Shown piece after piece: positions 28,312-38,086 of a stretch of 64,000 bases of DNA. The translations under genes and the position numbers were made by a program. Below the pieces are notes generated by a model. The model was not told the DNA's origin. It saw only the letters and a list, made by a program, of their open reading frames with translations, and did no database searches. Positions within the stretch are counted from its first letter, which is position 1; each line of letters opens with the position of its first letter. The stretch lies in the sequence record PP885733.1. One strand, given 5' to 3'.

Positions 28312-28960
28312 TCTGAAGGCAATGGCTGCTGTCCTTCGGGGCAGCACTGACTTAACCACATTTAAGAAGGAAAAGAAAGTGGCAGAACTTATTGTACGTA
28401 ATGGCGACATTCGTGAACTGGCAACCAAAGTCCGTAAAGAAGTAGCGAATCTGGTATTGGCTGATACCCGCTCTACTGTTATCGACCACTGCGGGCACCG
28501 CATCGTGATTACTTTCGCTGACGATATCCCGTCCTCGGGTACCCGTGTTCAGGTCTGGTTGGGTAAAGTGAAGATGATGGAACATCTGTATCATCCGGAA
28601 GCCAGCTGGCCTGATGCTGACGATCATGTTGAACGCACCACACTGCTCAACGTCCTGACCCATTACTATGAAGTACTGTGGTCTCGCTCTAAAGTTGAAC
28701 ACACGCTGAGGAAATTACTTCAGGAAGGTAATGGTAGCGTTAAACTTCCTAATGGGCAGACTTTGAAATCAGAAGTTCGTCATCGCCCTGGCGGAGATCG
28801 TACCGTATCGTTGTATTCCCATGATGATTATCCGATGTTCTCCATGATCACTTATGAACGTGATCCAAACGTGGAACACATCTGGTCAGCAATAAAACAC
28901 AACTTTAGCTCGCCTGGTTTGATAGGTCCAGCCGATCATTCGATCACGTTGGTTGACTGA
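28301..28960 (+). CDS. Hypothetical protein
   Basis: 219 aa in operon. Confidence 0.7.
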   Translation: MKSDLKAMAAVLRGSTDLTTFKKEKKVAELIVRNGDIRELATKVRKEVANLVLADTRSTVIDHCGHRIVITFADDIPSSGTRVQVWLGKVKMMEHLYHPEASWPDADDHVERTTLLNVLTHYYEVLWSRSKVEHTLRKLLQEGNGSVKLPNGQTLKSEVRHRPGGDRTVSLYSHDDYPMFSMITYERDPNVEHIWSAIKHNFSSPGLIGPADHSITLVD

Positions 28961-29256
28961 TGAGTAAAGTCATCGGACTCAGATCCATCTTTCCTGGGGT
29001 GGGTAAACAACCTGCTCCACCTTCTTTGGTATCATTCCTCAATTCACGGGGAGTTAACACCATTGAAGAACAAGATGCATTCGCCAACAAGTGCTTCATT
29101 AACAAAGGCGTATTCCGCCAGATCATGAGTGGTGAGAAAACTAATATCGGTGATGAGATGATTCTTCAGATTTCATTCCACTCCGGAATTACTTTCGAAA
29201 GTCTCAAGACAGTCCATGACAACTGGCTACGTCATCAAAGAGGTAGACGCCGTTGA
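28960..29256 (+). CDS. XRE-like HTH protein
   Basis: QDAFANKCFINKGVFRQIMSGEKTNIGDEMILQISFHSGITFESL fits the XRE pattern. Confidence 0.6.
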   Translation: MSKVIGLRSIFPGVGKQPAPPSLVSFLNSRGVNTIEEQDAFANKCFINKGVFRQIMSGEKTNIGDEMILQISFHSGITFESLKTVHDNWLRHQRGRRR

Positions 29257-29699
29257 GTAAAGCGGATAAAGAACTCGACCGTATTCTCTATGAGATAAAC
29301 GGTTACACCCACCATGGATGGTGGTGGAAGTTGAAAACTCATACTCGCTGGTTGTTTGATAAACTGCGGTTACGGGTAATCGAATTGAAAGGAAGTAAAC
29401 GCACTCGTAGTTTTCTGCACCATGATCTCCGTGAGTTACGATACATGTCTTACTGGGAAAGAGGCTTTGCAGATCTACGCTATCTTAACGAGCAAGGTAA
29501 ACTGGTAGTTGGTCGTTTCCGTCTGGATGGTCACTATGGTTCGATCATTCTAACCGAAACCGCTTGCCCTGTTAAATTTGCCAAACCAACCAAAGGCCCA
29601 CAAACCTTTAAACGTGCTGATCACGAATCCAGTCTTCTGTTATTCTTCGGAATGATTAGACGCCGTCGTTGGTCTATCACTTACGGCCAATGCTTATAA
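29253..29699 (+). CDS. Hypothetical protein
   Basis: TTG start after AGAGG; terminator follows. Confidence 0.65.
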   Translation: MSKADKELDRILYEINGYTHHGWWWKLKTHTRWLFDKLRLRVIELKGSKRTRSFLHHDLRELRYMSYWERGFADLRYLNEQGKLVVGRFRLDGHYGSIILTETACPVKFAKPTKGPQTFKRADHESSLLLFFGMIRRRRWSITYGQCL

Positions 29700-29705
29700 C
29701 TAACT

Positions 29706-29738
29706 CCTACCTACTCCTCACGGGGTAGGTAGGTTTTA
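29706..29738 (+). terminator. Intrinsic terminator (repeat family)
   Basis: CCTACCTACTCC-TCAC-GGGGTAGGTAGG-TTTT; near-identical to 36646-36678. Confidence 0.85.
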
Positions 29739-29757
29739 TAGTTGTATTTATTTTCGT

Positions 29758-29778
29758 ACAGATATTATTAGAGTGAAG
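29758..29778 (+). promoter_or_regulatory. Putative early promoter
   Basis: CAGATATTAT-tagag-TGAA. Confidence 0.6.
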
Positions 29779-29817
29779 AACCTAACCTAATTTAATTCCA
29801 CTAAAGAGAGAATCATT

Positions 29818-30597
29818 ATGAAAATCAAACTTGATAAAGAGCTGATTGAGAAACTGTCTGTTGTTGCTGTTCAAGCTGTATACGCAGCAATCAAAGATAA
29901 CAAAATGTCTCTTGACTTTGGGGTCGATGATATCAAGGGCGTTGTCTATGTTCGTCAAAACGGTTTCGGTAATAAGTATCCAGGTACCGAAACTTACTAC
30001 TTCAGTGTCAAACTGTTCGATAACATTATTCTTACTGAAAACGGTGTCGCCATTGTAGGATATAAAGGCGATGCAATCGGTGATGCGCAGGATCACATCC
30101 GTGGTGCAATTCACACCATGATCAACAGTACACGTAATTACAACGACCCGTCTGCTGATTTGATCAAACAGGTTCATTCAGCTATCGCACAACCTGGCAA
30201 CAAAACCATTCACAATCCGGTAGAAGGAGTAGAGGTAACATTCCAATATCTCCAGGTTAAACGTGATGACGGTTTGGGTGATAATACATCATTCGAAACT
30301 GTCTTTACACTCGATGGTCAACCCCAGGCCCAGTTCACTCAGTTCGGTAATTGCAGCATGGCGGTTAACCCTTTGCATACCGGTGTGATGGCGATCATCG
30401 CTCCTCAAATTCAGCAGCTTCTTCAGATCCGTAAATCGCCGGACTTCTACATTACTGAACATACGTCGTACAATCCGAACACGTTGTTGTTCAGCCAGCC
30501 GGGTCCTGGGATGTTGTCAGCTAATGGTGGTCCTCTGTTTAACAGTCCACTGCAGTATGGTCCGGGTCAACGTGGTGGCTTCAACACTTTTAATTAA
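29818..30597 (+). CDS. Hypothetical protein with low-complexity G/P/N tail
   Basis: 259 aa, SD present. Confidence 0.75.
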   Translation: MKIKLDKELIEKLSVVAVQAVYAAIKDNKMSLDFGVDDIKGVVYVRQNGFGNKYPGTETYYFSVKLFDNIILTENGVAIVGYKGDAIGDAQDHIRGAIHTMINSTRNYNDPSADLIKQVHSAIAQPGNKTIHNPVEGVEVTFQYLQVKRDDGLGDNTSFETVFTLDGQPQAQFTQFGNCSMAVNPLHTGVMAIIAPQIQQLLQIRKSPDFYITEHTSYNPNTLLFSQPGPGMLSANGGPLFNSPLQYGPGQRGGFNTFN

Positions 30598-30606
30598 AAG
30601 AGGTAA

Positions 30607-31227
30607 ATGATGTTAATTACCAAGAATACGGTAAAGGAAATCACGGCTGACATTACAGCTCATGTTAGTCGTTTGATCGACGGTGAAATCTCTCATACCG
30701 AAGAGTTCACCAATGGTCGTGGTGTGAACTTCGAAATTGAGTACAATGCAAACCCACATACCAAACTCGGTAGTGTGTGTATTAAGCTCAAGCACGTTGA
30801 ACTCCACTCACCACCAATCCCGTTCAAGAACAACGGGAATCCAAAGAACAATCGCGGGATTGCTCTGGGGCACTTCCTAACTCGTATTGAGAAGGAGTGC
30901 GTCGAAGAAGGTCTGTTCTGGGCATTGATTGACCATGTCACTCGTCAGACAGATCTCCGCGATGTTGTATCGGGTACTACTGGCGAAGTCAAAGTCAGTA
31001 CTCCGTTAGGTATCGACATTTACTGTCATACCGATTATAACCATCGTGTATTCCAAATCACGAAGCACGGCAAACAGGTATATGCTTTCGAAGAAGCTAT
31101 TGACTTCGAAGCAGGCGGTGAATCAGAAATGCTTCTGCCAGTTGAATACCTGACCAAACTTATCCATCGCGTTCTGAGCAACGCGTTCACTGAAGCTGAA
31201 TTTGAAGACTTTGAAATCGGAGCATAA
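30607..31227 (+). CDS. Hypothetical protein
   Basis: 206 aa, AGAGG SD. Confidence 0.75.
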   Translation: MMLITKNTVKEITADITAHVSRLIDGEISHTEEFTNGRGVNFEIEYNANPHTKLGSVCIKLKHVELHSPPIPFKNNGNPKNNRGIALGHFLTRIEKECVEEGLFWALIDHVTRQTDLRDVVSGTTGEVKVSTPLGIDIYCHTDYNHRVFQITKHGKQVYAFEEAIDFEAGGESEMLLPVEYLTKLIHRVLSNAFTEAEFEDFEIGA

Positions 31228-31229
31228 CT

Positions 31230-31862
31230 GTGATCGTTACTAAAGAGTGCCTGCGTCAGCTGGCAGAGTCAGTACGAAATGAAATCGCCCTCACCATCCT
31301 TGAGGGTAAACTTCTGAATGATTCCATTGAGGTGGAGTTTGATGAAGAAATCACCATCGGGTTTAACTACGATGTTGATAACAGCAAAAACCGTGCTCTG
31401 GTGAAAGTCTCTCACAAGGGTGTCGATATCGGGACTGTTCAGATTAAAGATCTCGATACCTTTAAAGAGAGTATTCGCAAAATCAAAGGTGCTATTCAGT
31501 GGGGTATTGAAACTGAAGACTATCTGATTCGTCAGCTCAGCCGTTATCTGATTAACCGCTTCATGACTACCGATCCTGCGATGATCGATGTTAAGGACCG
31601 GTTGATGAAATCATCAGATACAGTTCGCTGGTCCGTAGGGAAGTTAAACTTCTCTGCGTGTAGTAGTCAGGTGTGGACTAGCATCCGCTGTAAGGCCGAA
31701 GGTGGTGGTGTTCTTTATGAGAACATCAAGACCAACGTTATCGGTGTAACAACCGCACAGGGTTATCAGGGACTCAGTGTTGCTAACCTGATTGCTGAAT
31801 CCCAACGTGTCCTGGCCGCAGCAATAACCTGCGAAGCAGTTAGCTTCCCAGTAGAGGTCTGA
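31230..31862 (+). CDS. Hypothetical protein
   Basis: 210 aa, GTG start, GGAG SD. Confidence 0.7.
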   Translation: MIVTKECLRQLAESVRNEIALTILEGKLLNDSIEVEFDEEITIGFNYDVDNSKNRALVKVSHKGVDIGTVQIKDLDTFKESIRKIKGAIQWGIETEDYLIRQLSRYLINRFMTTDPAMIDVKDRLMKSSDTVRWSVGKLNFSACSSQVWTSIRCKAEGGGVLYENIKTNVIGVTTAQGYQGLSVANLIAESQRVLAAAITCEAVSFPVEV

Positions 31863-31863
31863 T

Positions 31864-32184
31864 ATGGCTATCCCTAAGAAACATGCTCCACGAGTAACTA
31901 AGTTCGTTGAGATAGTTCTAGGGATGGTTGTTGAAGAAAAGATAGATAGAGCATTCCATCGAAAGGGTGCTCTAGATTCCAACTATCAACTTTCCCTATT
32001 TAGTACCGGTCTTCTGCCATTGTATAATGACGATCGCATAGAGTTCTACGCCAAAGTCAATGATAAGAAGACAGACATGTTTATTTTATCTGGAGAGGAT
32101 CTTGCTAATCACAGGCTTGATCCTAAGTTAGTCAAATCCGTCGCTGATGCGATAATGAAACTTCGAATTAAGGAAATCAAATGA
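31864..32184 (+). CDS. Hypothetical protein
   Basis: 106 aa in operon. Confidence 0.65.
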   Translation: MAIPKKHAPRVTKFVEIVLGMVVEEKIDRAFHRKGALDSNYQLSLFSTGLLPLYNDDRIEFYAKVNDKKTDMFILSGEDLANHRLDPKLVKSVADAIMKLRIKEIK

Positions 32185-32873
32185 AACTGATCAACGTATC
32201 TGAAATCATCAACCTGCAAGCATTGGCCCGTGGTGTTATCGCGGTGGCTCTTAATGAGATCGTTGCAAATCCTGATCACAAAGCCGTTCTGCCATTCACT
32301 CAGGTTCTGTCCCTGGACGGTCACCAAATCCGTGCTGAGTACGCACCTATCTACGGCAGCCATATCCAACACGCTGGACACTCCATCCCGCACACTTGCG
32401 GTAAAGACGGTTATGTTGGCGAGCTGACTCTGATGTTACCTACCGGCGCCAAGTTCCCAATCCGCTTCGAAGAAGAAGACTTCGGTAAGCCGGTGCCTGA
32501 TGATCAGATCGATGGCATTACTGAAGAGTTCATCTACCATCTGCGTCATGCAGCGGTTGATCAATACCTGATCAAATCCCTGGGCGATAAGATCACTGAG
32601 CTGTTCGAAGCGAACGATCTGGGCGAACTGGAACGTATGGCGGAAGGTCTGATTCGTATCAGCTACTCCGACCACAGCCACACCATCACGTACCGCAGCC
32701 CTGAAATGGACATTCGCTTCACCATGCATTACGATGACGGCGTGAACCTGTACGGTCTGCATCCTGACTTCCACCGCAATGCTATCGCAACCAACTATGT
32801 GCGTTGCTACATCGACGCAGTCGTTGAAGGTTACATTAGCCCAGACCTGCAAGTCACTCTGACCGCCGAATAA
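32181..32873 (+). CDS. Hypothetical protein
   Basis: 230 aa, AAGGA SD. Confidence 0.75.
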   Translation: MKLINVSEIINLQALARGVIAVALNEIVANPDHKAVLPFTQVLSLDGHQIRAEYAPIYGSHIQHAGHSIPHTCGKDGYVGELTLMLPTGAKFPIRFEEEDFGKPVPDDQIDGITEEFIYHLRHAAVDQYLIKSLGDKITELFEANDLGELERMAEGLIRISYSDHSHTITYRSPEMDIRFTMHYDDGVNLYGLHPDFHRNAIATNYVRCYIDAVVEGYISPDLQVTLTAE

Positions 32874-32912
32874 GTAAACCCCTTTAACCAATTCAAATAG
32901 AAGAGAAAAGAA

Positions 32913-33191
32913 ATGATCAATAACGATGCAGTGGTAAAATGTGTTCACGACGCAGCTGATGCTTTCCATTCACGTCTGGCTAAGCTGGGTGCTACAGAGA
33001 TGTACACCGACCCGCAATACCCGGTGACCTGCACTCTGTTCGGTTATAGTAATGATCGCAACAATCAGATCATCGAAGTCAAACTCGGGAACACCGTTAT
33101 TGACAAACTCATTATCACCAACCGCCGGATGAAACATCGTTGTAACTTCCGCCATGTGTATGGCGTTAAAAGTCGCATCTCGGGGCTCTAA
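32913..33191 (+). CDS. Hypothetical protein
   Basis: 92 aa. Confidence 0.65.
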   Translation: MINNDAVVKCVHDAADAFHSRLAKLGATEMYTDPQYPVTCTLFGYSNDRNNQIIEVKLGNTVIDKLIITNRRMKHRCNFRHVYGVKSRISGL

Positions 33192-33288
33192 TGTTCAACC
33201 CTGTTAACAGAGCACGCGCTCACCGTCACTCCGAAAAACTACCTAAGGGGTAACAATTCTGTTACCCCCATATCTTCGGAGACTTATA

Positions 33289-33534
33289 ATGAATCGTACT
33301 CGTTCTTATCGTCGTCATAAACTGCAAGTGAAGAAAGCCAAAGTGTCCCGTTACTGGAATGCTTGTACCTGGCAACCATTTGGTTATCGCCAGCAAACTG
33401 ACAAAGCCATTATCGGTCGTGTAGCGACAACTCCAAAAGCCTGTGGGTGTTGGATGTGTACTAATGCTCGTCAGGTGTTCGGTGAACCATTTGCAGATGT
33501 GCGTCGTAAACAACATTACGTAGATCAGGAGTAA
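33289..33534 (+). CDS. Small basic protein with CxCxxC motif
   Basis: Arg/Lys-rich N-terminus and PKACGCWMC; GGAG SD. Confidence 0.7.
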   Translation: MNRTRSYRRHKLQVKKAKVSRYWNACTWQPFGYRQQTDKAIIGRVATTPKACGCWMCTNARQVFGEPFADVRRKQHYVDQE

Positions 33535-33539
33535 TAAAG

Positions 33540-34001
33540 ATGCAGCGATTCGAATTCACAGTTAAAGGCAATGTCCTGATCGTTGATGACCTTGTGAACA
33601 ACGGGTCGCTGCGTATCACTTGCAAGCCATTAAGCAAACCCGAGATCTCTCCGGTGCTGACTGCTTGGAACGACCTTGAAACATCAATTAACAATGGTGA
33701 TTTATATCTGTCACTTCACGGAATAAACACCATACAAGAAGTAAGAGGATTTAACCTGAAAGGGGAAGTTGATTTAAAGTCTTCCCACCTGCACGACCCA
33801 GTCATCTTTAATAGTCGCCTTGATATGTCCTCGATAAGAGCAAAGGTCACTATTATGAATTCCGAGCTTACACGTATTGGAATCACCCACTTCGGTGAAG
33901 TCACCTTTAACGAATGTAACCTCGAACATAACTATATACCCATCCCGCGGAATCGCCGGATTAATGTGGTATACTTCCAAAATAGAATAGTGGAGATTTA
34001 A
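33540..34001 (+). CDS. Hypothetical protein, paralog family B
   Basis: NDLETSINNGDLYLSLHGIN motif shared with the next gene. Confidence 0.7.
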   Translation: MQRFEFTVKGNVLIVDDLVNNGSLRITCKPLSKPEISPVLTAWNDLETSINNGDLYLSLHGINTIQEVRGFNLKGEVDLKSSHLHDPVIFNSRLDMSSIRAKVTIMNSELTRIGITHFGEVTFNECNLEHNYIPIPRNRRINVVYFQNRIVEI

Positions 34002-34003
34002 CC

Positions 34004-34504
34004 ATGAGTCGTTATACCTTTAAACTGGATACTGAAAAACGCGTTTATGTTATCACTGACACAATGGTCGGTGGTACTTTGACAATCGAACAATCGATGT
34101 CAAGAATGTATGTAATGACCAGCGAAAATGATCAGCTGGTTGATCTGGCTAACGACATCCAAAGCGCTCTGAGCGAAGGCGGGTTGGCTCTGGAACTCCA
34201 CGGTGAAAATCTGATCACTTTCAAAGATGCCAAAACCCCATGGTTAACCGGCCATCTCCAATTACGTCGCTGCACTATCGCGACCCCACATCTCCACAAC
34301 GTTACGCTAATTGATTTCAAAGCGGACTGCGTTGATGAGATAACAATAACCAACTCCACTATACAGGACTTCTCGTTCTATCAGGTTGGTAAGTTGCACT
34401 TCAGTCACTGCTTCCTGAACGACAAGTATGATTTCCGCAAAGAGATCACTTGCACAGCGAACGAGTGGCATCTCAATACTAACGTAACGGGGACTATGTG
34501 GTGA
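34004..34504 (+). CDS. Hypothetical protein, paralog family B
   Basis: NDIQSALSEGGLALELHGEN motif. Confidence 0.7.
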   Translation: MSRYTFKLDTEKRVYVITDTMVGGTLTIEQSMSRMYVMTSENDQLVDLANDIQSALSEGGLALELHGENLITFKDAKTPWLTGHLQLRRCTIATPHLHNVTLIDFKADCVDEITITNSTIQDFSFYQVGKLHFSHCFLNDKYDFRKEITCTANEWHLNTNVTGTMW

Positions 34505-34839
34505 TACGTTTCTTTGAAGGCGGTGGTTTTGAGTTAACCGTTCTCACTACCTTCACCAGACCTATCATCGAGGGAGTTACAAAGTTCCGTGACTCCCTTG
34601 GGTATATTGTTCCTATGAACAAGTTACCTAATCGATTCCCAAACGGTATTGATTCGTTAAGGATGCACTTCCTTAACTTTACGGCTGAACGCAATTACCA
34701 GGAAGGATTCGCGTACCATATTTGGCCGAATTTCCCTCGCAGATGCTTACCTATGGTTACATATCTGCACAGTCTAAACTTAATTGACGGGTTCGACATC
34801 GACGAACTCGGCTACGTCACCTATGATGAGGAATTGTAA
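34498..34839 (+). CDS. Hypothetical protein
   Basis: 113 aa in operon. Confidence 0.6.
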   Translation: MVIRFFEGGGFELTVLTTFTRPIIEGVTKFRDSLGYIVPMNKLPNRFPNGIDSLRMHFLNFTAERNYQEGFAYHIWPNFPRRCLPMVTYLHSLNLIDGFDIDELGYVTYDEEL

Positions 34840-36638
34840 TGTCTAAGAAAACTATGATGATCGAACTGCTGTGTACTTCTGGTCTGTCGATGTATGCACG
34901 CGAACATGGCGGTGCATTGACCGATGGTACTTCGATCGAAACCATTATTGACAACGTGGATGTTATCGAAACTGGTTACACCCAGGGTCTGGCAGAAAAC
35001 GAAATCAAAGATCTGATCCGCAGCGCGATTATCGATCGCGATCTGTCCAAAGCCATCGACATCTGGAAAGAAGTCTGTGCAACCGCTCCGCACCTTCAGG
35101 GCACTTACGAGTTGTCCTTCAAAGCAGAACTGATCGCTGGCAACTTCACTGTTGATCCGCTGTATCTGGCTCGCTTTGGTACTCGTATCCTCGAAGGCCA
35201 CATGGGGCTTATCGAAAGCCGTGCCGAACTGCGCACTCGCGCTTCCCGTATCTTCCACGCTCTGGTCGACGCTGACCGTTCTCCTGAAGAACGTTCTGAG
35301 CGTATCAAAGAGTTCATGTCCATCATGATGGTCGCACCTCATATCCAGCGCGATATGATGAAAAGCTGTCTGCATGAAGATATCGTGACTCGTCATTTCG
35401 ATCCACTGTCTTCCGGTGAACGCGTTTATGCGTTGGAGCAATATCTGCAAAAGCTGATCGACGACGATGCTCCAGAAACCGACGTGCTGGAAACCCCAGT
35501 AGTTCCTAAACTGGAAGTGGTCGAAGATAAGCCAGAAGAAGCTGTTACTGGCTATCTGCACTTTGCTGGTACCGCTCATCTGCTGGGTGGCGTCCACAAA
35601 CATGGTCATCTGGGCGAAGAAGTAACTTACTTCCATGAACTGCTGCAACCTAAAGCAGGTAGCAAACTGGATCAGGCTCGCGAAGCCATTAGTTACATCC
35701 ATCGCTCTGAACATCAGCGCGCTCTGTGCGCCGTTATCTTCCGCAACGAAGAGATGGCTCAACTGGATGCTCTTGACGATCCTCGTAAACGCGCTTACAG
35801 TGTTGAAGATCAGATCGTTTCTATCATCACTACCGGTACCACTGGTACTTCTATCTACGGTCACCAAACCCGCAGCCAGCGTGCTCAGGTTGAGCGCACC
35901 AAAGCGAAACTGGAACAACCACAACGCAATCCTCATGTGATGAATCAACATATCGATTGGTCAGCACACCTGACCAAGATTCTCACTGAGCTGTCGTCAA
36001 TTACTGGTGAAAGTCAACAGGAGCTTCTGAAACGTATGGGCGAGTTTAAGAATGGGCAACTCTGTGTATCTGGAACTCGTGCCAACCAGTTCCTTACTCA
36101 GATCCTCAACAATCTGAACCCAGGTACTGTATCCGATATCGCATCCCCTGGCGGGCAGTTGAACTATCTGCTCGGCGCTTTCAGTGAACCACGTCGTCGT
36201 GTGCAAGCTGCTGCCGTTCCAGTTAAGGGACTGACTAAACCACATGCTGTTCAGCCGATGCAGATCTCTGGCGGTTCTGTGGAGCTTCGTCAAGAAATGG
36301 CGTCAATGTTCGATCAGATGGGCGTTGACTATATCTTTACTGATGTAGTCGAACCTCCGAAGTTCGAAGAAACAGCCCGTCAGTATCTGGGTCATTTCCA
36401 GGGTGTTACCTGGCAGATGACTTATCAGTCTGATACTCAGATCGCGTCCATCATCCCAGTACTCAGCGGTAAACCTGCTGGCGCTATTGGGTTTGATATT
36501 GCAGCACAAAACCTGGATGCATTGTGGGAGCTGGTTAAAGTTGCGGTGACCACACAGTCGCCTCGCAAATACCTGATCGCTCATTCTGACAGTGTTGGTG
36601 CTCACCTGTCTCGTGAAGTTGCGGTCACTCTGGCATAA
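34839..36638 (+). CDS. Large hypothetical protein
   Basis: 599 aa, GAGGA SD, strongly biased codons, followed by a terminator. Confidence 0.8.
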   Translation: MSKKTMMIELLCTSGLSMYAREHGGALTDGTSIETIIDNVDVIETGYTQGLAENEIKDLIRSAIIDRDLSKAIDIWKEVCATAPHLQGTYELSFKAELIAGNFTVDPLYLARFGTRILEGHMGLIESRAELRTRASRIFHALVDADRSPEERSERIKEFMSIMMVAPHIQRDMMKSCLHEDIVTRHFDPLSSGERVYALEQYLQKLIDDDAPETDVLETPVVPKLEVVEDKPEEAVTGYLHFAGTAHLLGGVHKHGHLGEEVTYFHELLQPKAGSKLDQAREAISYIHRSEHQRALCAVIFRNEEMAQLDALDDPRKRAYSVEDQIVSIITTGTTGTSIYGHQTRSQRAQVERTKAKLEQPQRNPHVMNQHIDWSAHLTKILTELSSITGESQQELLKRMGEFKNGQLCVSGTRANQFLTQILNNLNPGTVSDIASPGGQLNYLLGAFSEPRRRVQAAAVPVKGLTKPHAVQPMQISGGSVELRQEMASMFDQMGVDYIFTDVVEPPKFEETARQYLGHFQGVTWQMTYQSDTQIASIIPVLSGKPAGAIGFDIAAQNLDALWELVKVAVTTQSPRKYLIAHSDSVGAHLSREVAVTLA

Positions 36639-36645
36639 GTTCTAC

Positions 36646-36678
36646 CCTACCTACTCCTCATGGGGTAGGTAGGTTTTA
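36646..36678 (+). terminator. Intrinsic terminator (repeat family)
   Basis: CCTACCTACTCC-TCAT-GGGGTAGGTAGG-TTTT. Confidence 0.85.
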
Positions 36679-36715
36679 TGCTTCTTTTATTTTTGGTGGG
36701 GGTATATATTTTTAG

Positions 36716-36739
36716 ACAAATATTATCTGCATGTATAAC
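36716..36739 (+). promoter_or_regulatory. Putative early promoter
   Basis: CAAATATTAT-ctgca-TGTA. Confidence 0.6.
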
Positions 36740-37219
36740 GTAGAGGATATATTAATGAAGAAGAAAGAGATTATAGAAACATGCCGTAATCTGCTGTTTA
36801 ATGCGTTATCGCATGTTCTCCAGGATATCAATGGAGTGAATCCATCACCGGTAAAGGAACCGCCTGAATCGCTCTCATATGAGAGCAACAGTGATATCGG
36901 GTTTCTGGTAAAGAGATGTCAGAAAGACGGACCAATGCAAACCAGCTTCGATCATTACTTCGTAGCAATTGCGGTCAGCACTTATCCAGTGATCATTGAT
37001 GTCTTTGATATTACTAAGACAGGTCCGGATGTTTATCTTACCGGTAACGGTAAAGCTATTCATCTATTCAACCTGCAAAGTGAAACAGGGTTGAAAACAA
37101 ACGACGAGCTAATGAACATTCTTGATCGTACTATCTACGATCATGCTGAGTTGCTCGGGGTATTAACCAAATATGCGGAGGGAAAGAATAAGCGTGAAGA
37201 CAGAAAAGGTCGTAAGTGA
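36731..37219 (+). CDS. Hypothetical protein
   Basis: True start probably the ATG at 36755 after AGAGGA. Confidence 0.65.
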   Translation: MYNVEDILMKKKEIIETCRNLLFNALSHVLQDINGVNPSPVKEPPESLSYESNSDIGFLVKRCQKDGPMQTSFDHYFVAIAVSTYPVIIDVFDITKTGPDVYLTGNGKAIHLFNLQSETGLKTNDELMNILDRTIYDHAELLGVLTKYAEGKNKREDRKGRK

Positions 37220-37568
37220 CATTCTGAATAACGCCGCCCTAAATAAAGATCAGGTCCCATACAAAAACGTTTACTTCGTCAAGGTCCTTAATCCTGGTGA
37301 CCGAGTAAATCTTTTCGTAAGCTTCCGATTTAAAACTTCCGGCGGGGAAGTATTCATATGTCGGGCTGACATCAATCTGGAAAAGACGGAGAAGAATGTT
37401 CGATTTGGTATTCATCACCTGATACCCATCAAACGTGAATCTTTCACACTCTTCCAGAAAAACTTAACCATCGGACATCGTTCTATTGTTGAGATCATCA
37501 ATGGAACTATTGCACCAGCATTCACTGAACGTTTAAATAGATTAGAGGAAATGTTACATGGCAACTAA
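37173..37568 (+). CDS. Hypothetical protein
   Basis: ~125-131 aa; start uncertain. Confidence 0.6.
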   Translation: MRRERISVKTEKVVSDILNNAALNKDQVPYKNVYFVKVLNPGDRVNLFVSFRFKTSGGEVFICRADINLEKTEKNVRFGIHHLIPIKRESFTLFQKNLTIGHRSIVEIINGTIAPAFTERLNRLEEMLHGN

Positions 37569-37950
37569 AGCGGTTATCCAATACGGCACAATGAAACTGA
37601 ACCAGATCGCAGCAGAGCGTAAAGGCAAACCAATTCCAAACTGGTGGAAGGTTGAAGACGTTCAAGGTTTCGGTCTGCGTATCAATGAAGGCGAACTGAA
37701 CCTGATGTTAGCAGTACAGGCATTCCCAGTTCCTGAAGCTGGTCCTGGCAACTTCCTGGTCAAGTTCGTGACCACGTTTATGTCGGCGCCAGTCGGGGCA
37801 CATGGGTATGAGTTCATGCCTATGCCGGTGGGTCCGATGTTGCAACAAGACTTCCCTATGTATGCGGTCGATGAACAAGACCTGCAAGATGGGATCATGC
37901 AGTTGATCGCTGACGAAGCAGAGAACATCCTGTGTCAGATACTGCAATAA
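37558..37950 (+). CDS. Hypothetical protein
   Basis: 130 aa, AGAGGA SD. Confidence 0.7.
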   Translation: MATKAVIQYGTMKLNQIAAERKGKPIPNWWKVEDVQGFGLRINEGELNLMLAVQAFPVPEAGPGNFLVKFVTTFMSAPVGAHGYEFMPMPVGPMLQQDFPMYAVDEQDLQDGIMQLIADEAENILCQILQ

Positions 37951-38086
37951 GCTCCTAGAAACGATTCTGGGACGTTAAATTAAGTAATACTGGTGTATGT
38001 ATTATTTAGGTAGATAAAGTCATATGGCGCATTCTGGAGCTTATGACTAACTGACAAACAAACTTTAATCCAAAAGGAAATAAGTA

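Noticed and set aside
33191-33253. 20-codon ORF overlapping the previous stop (TAATG)
   Set aside because: Too short to support, and it runs into a terminator-like hairpin.
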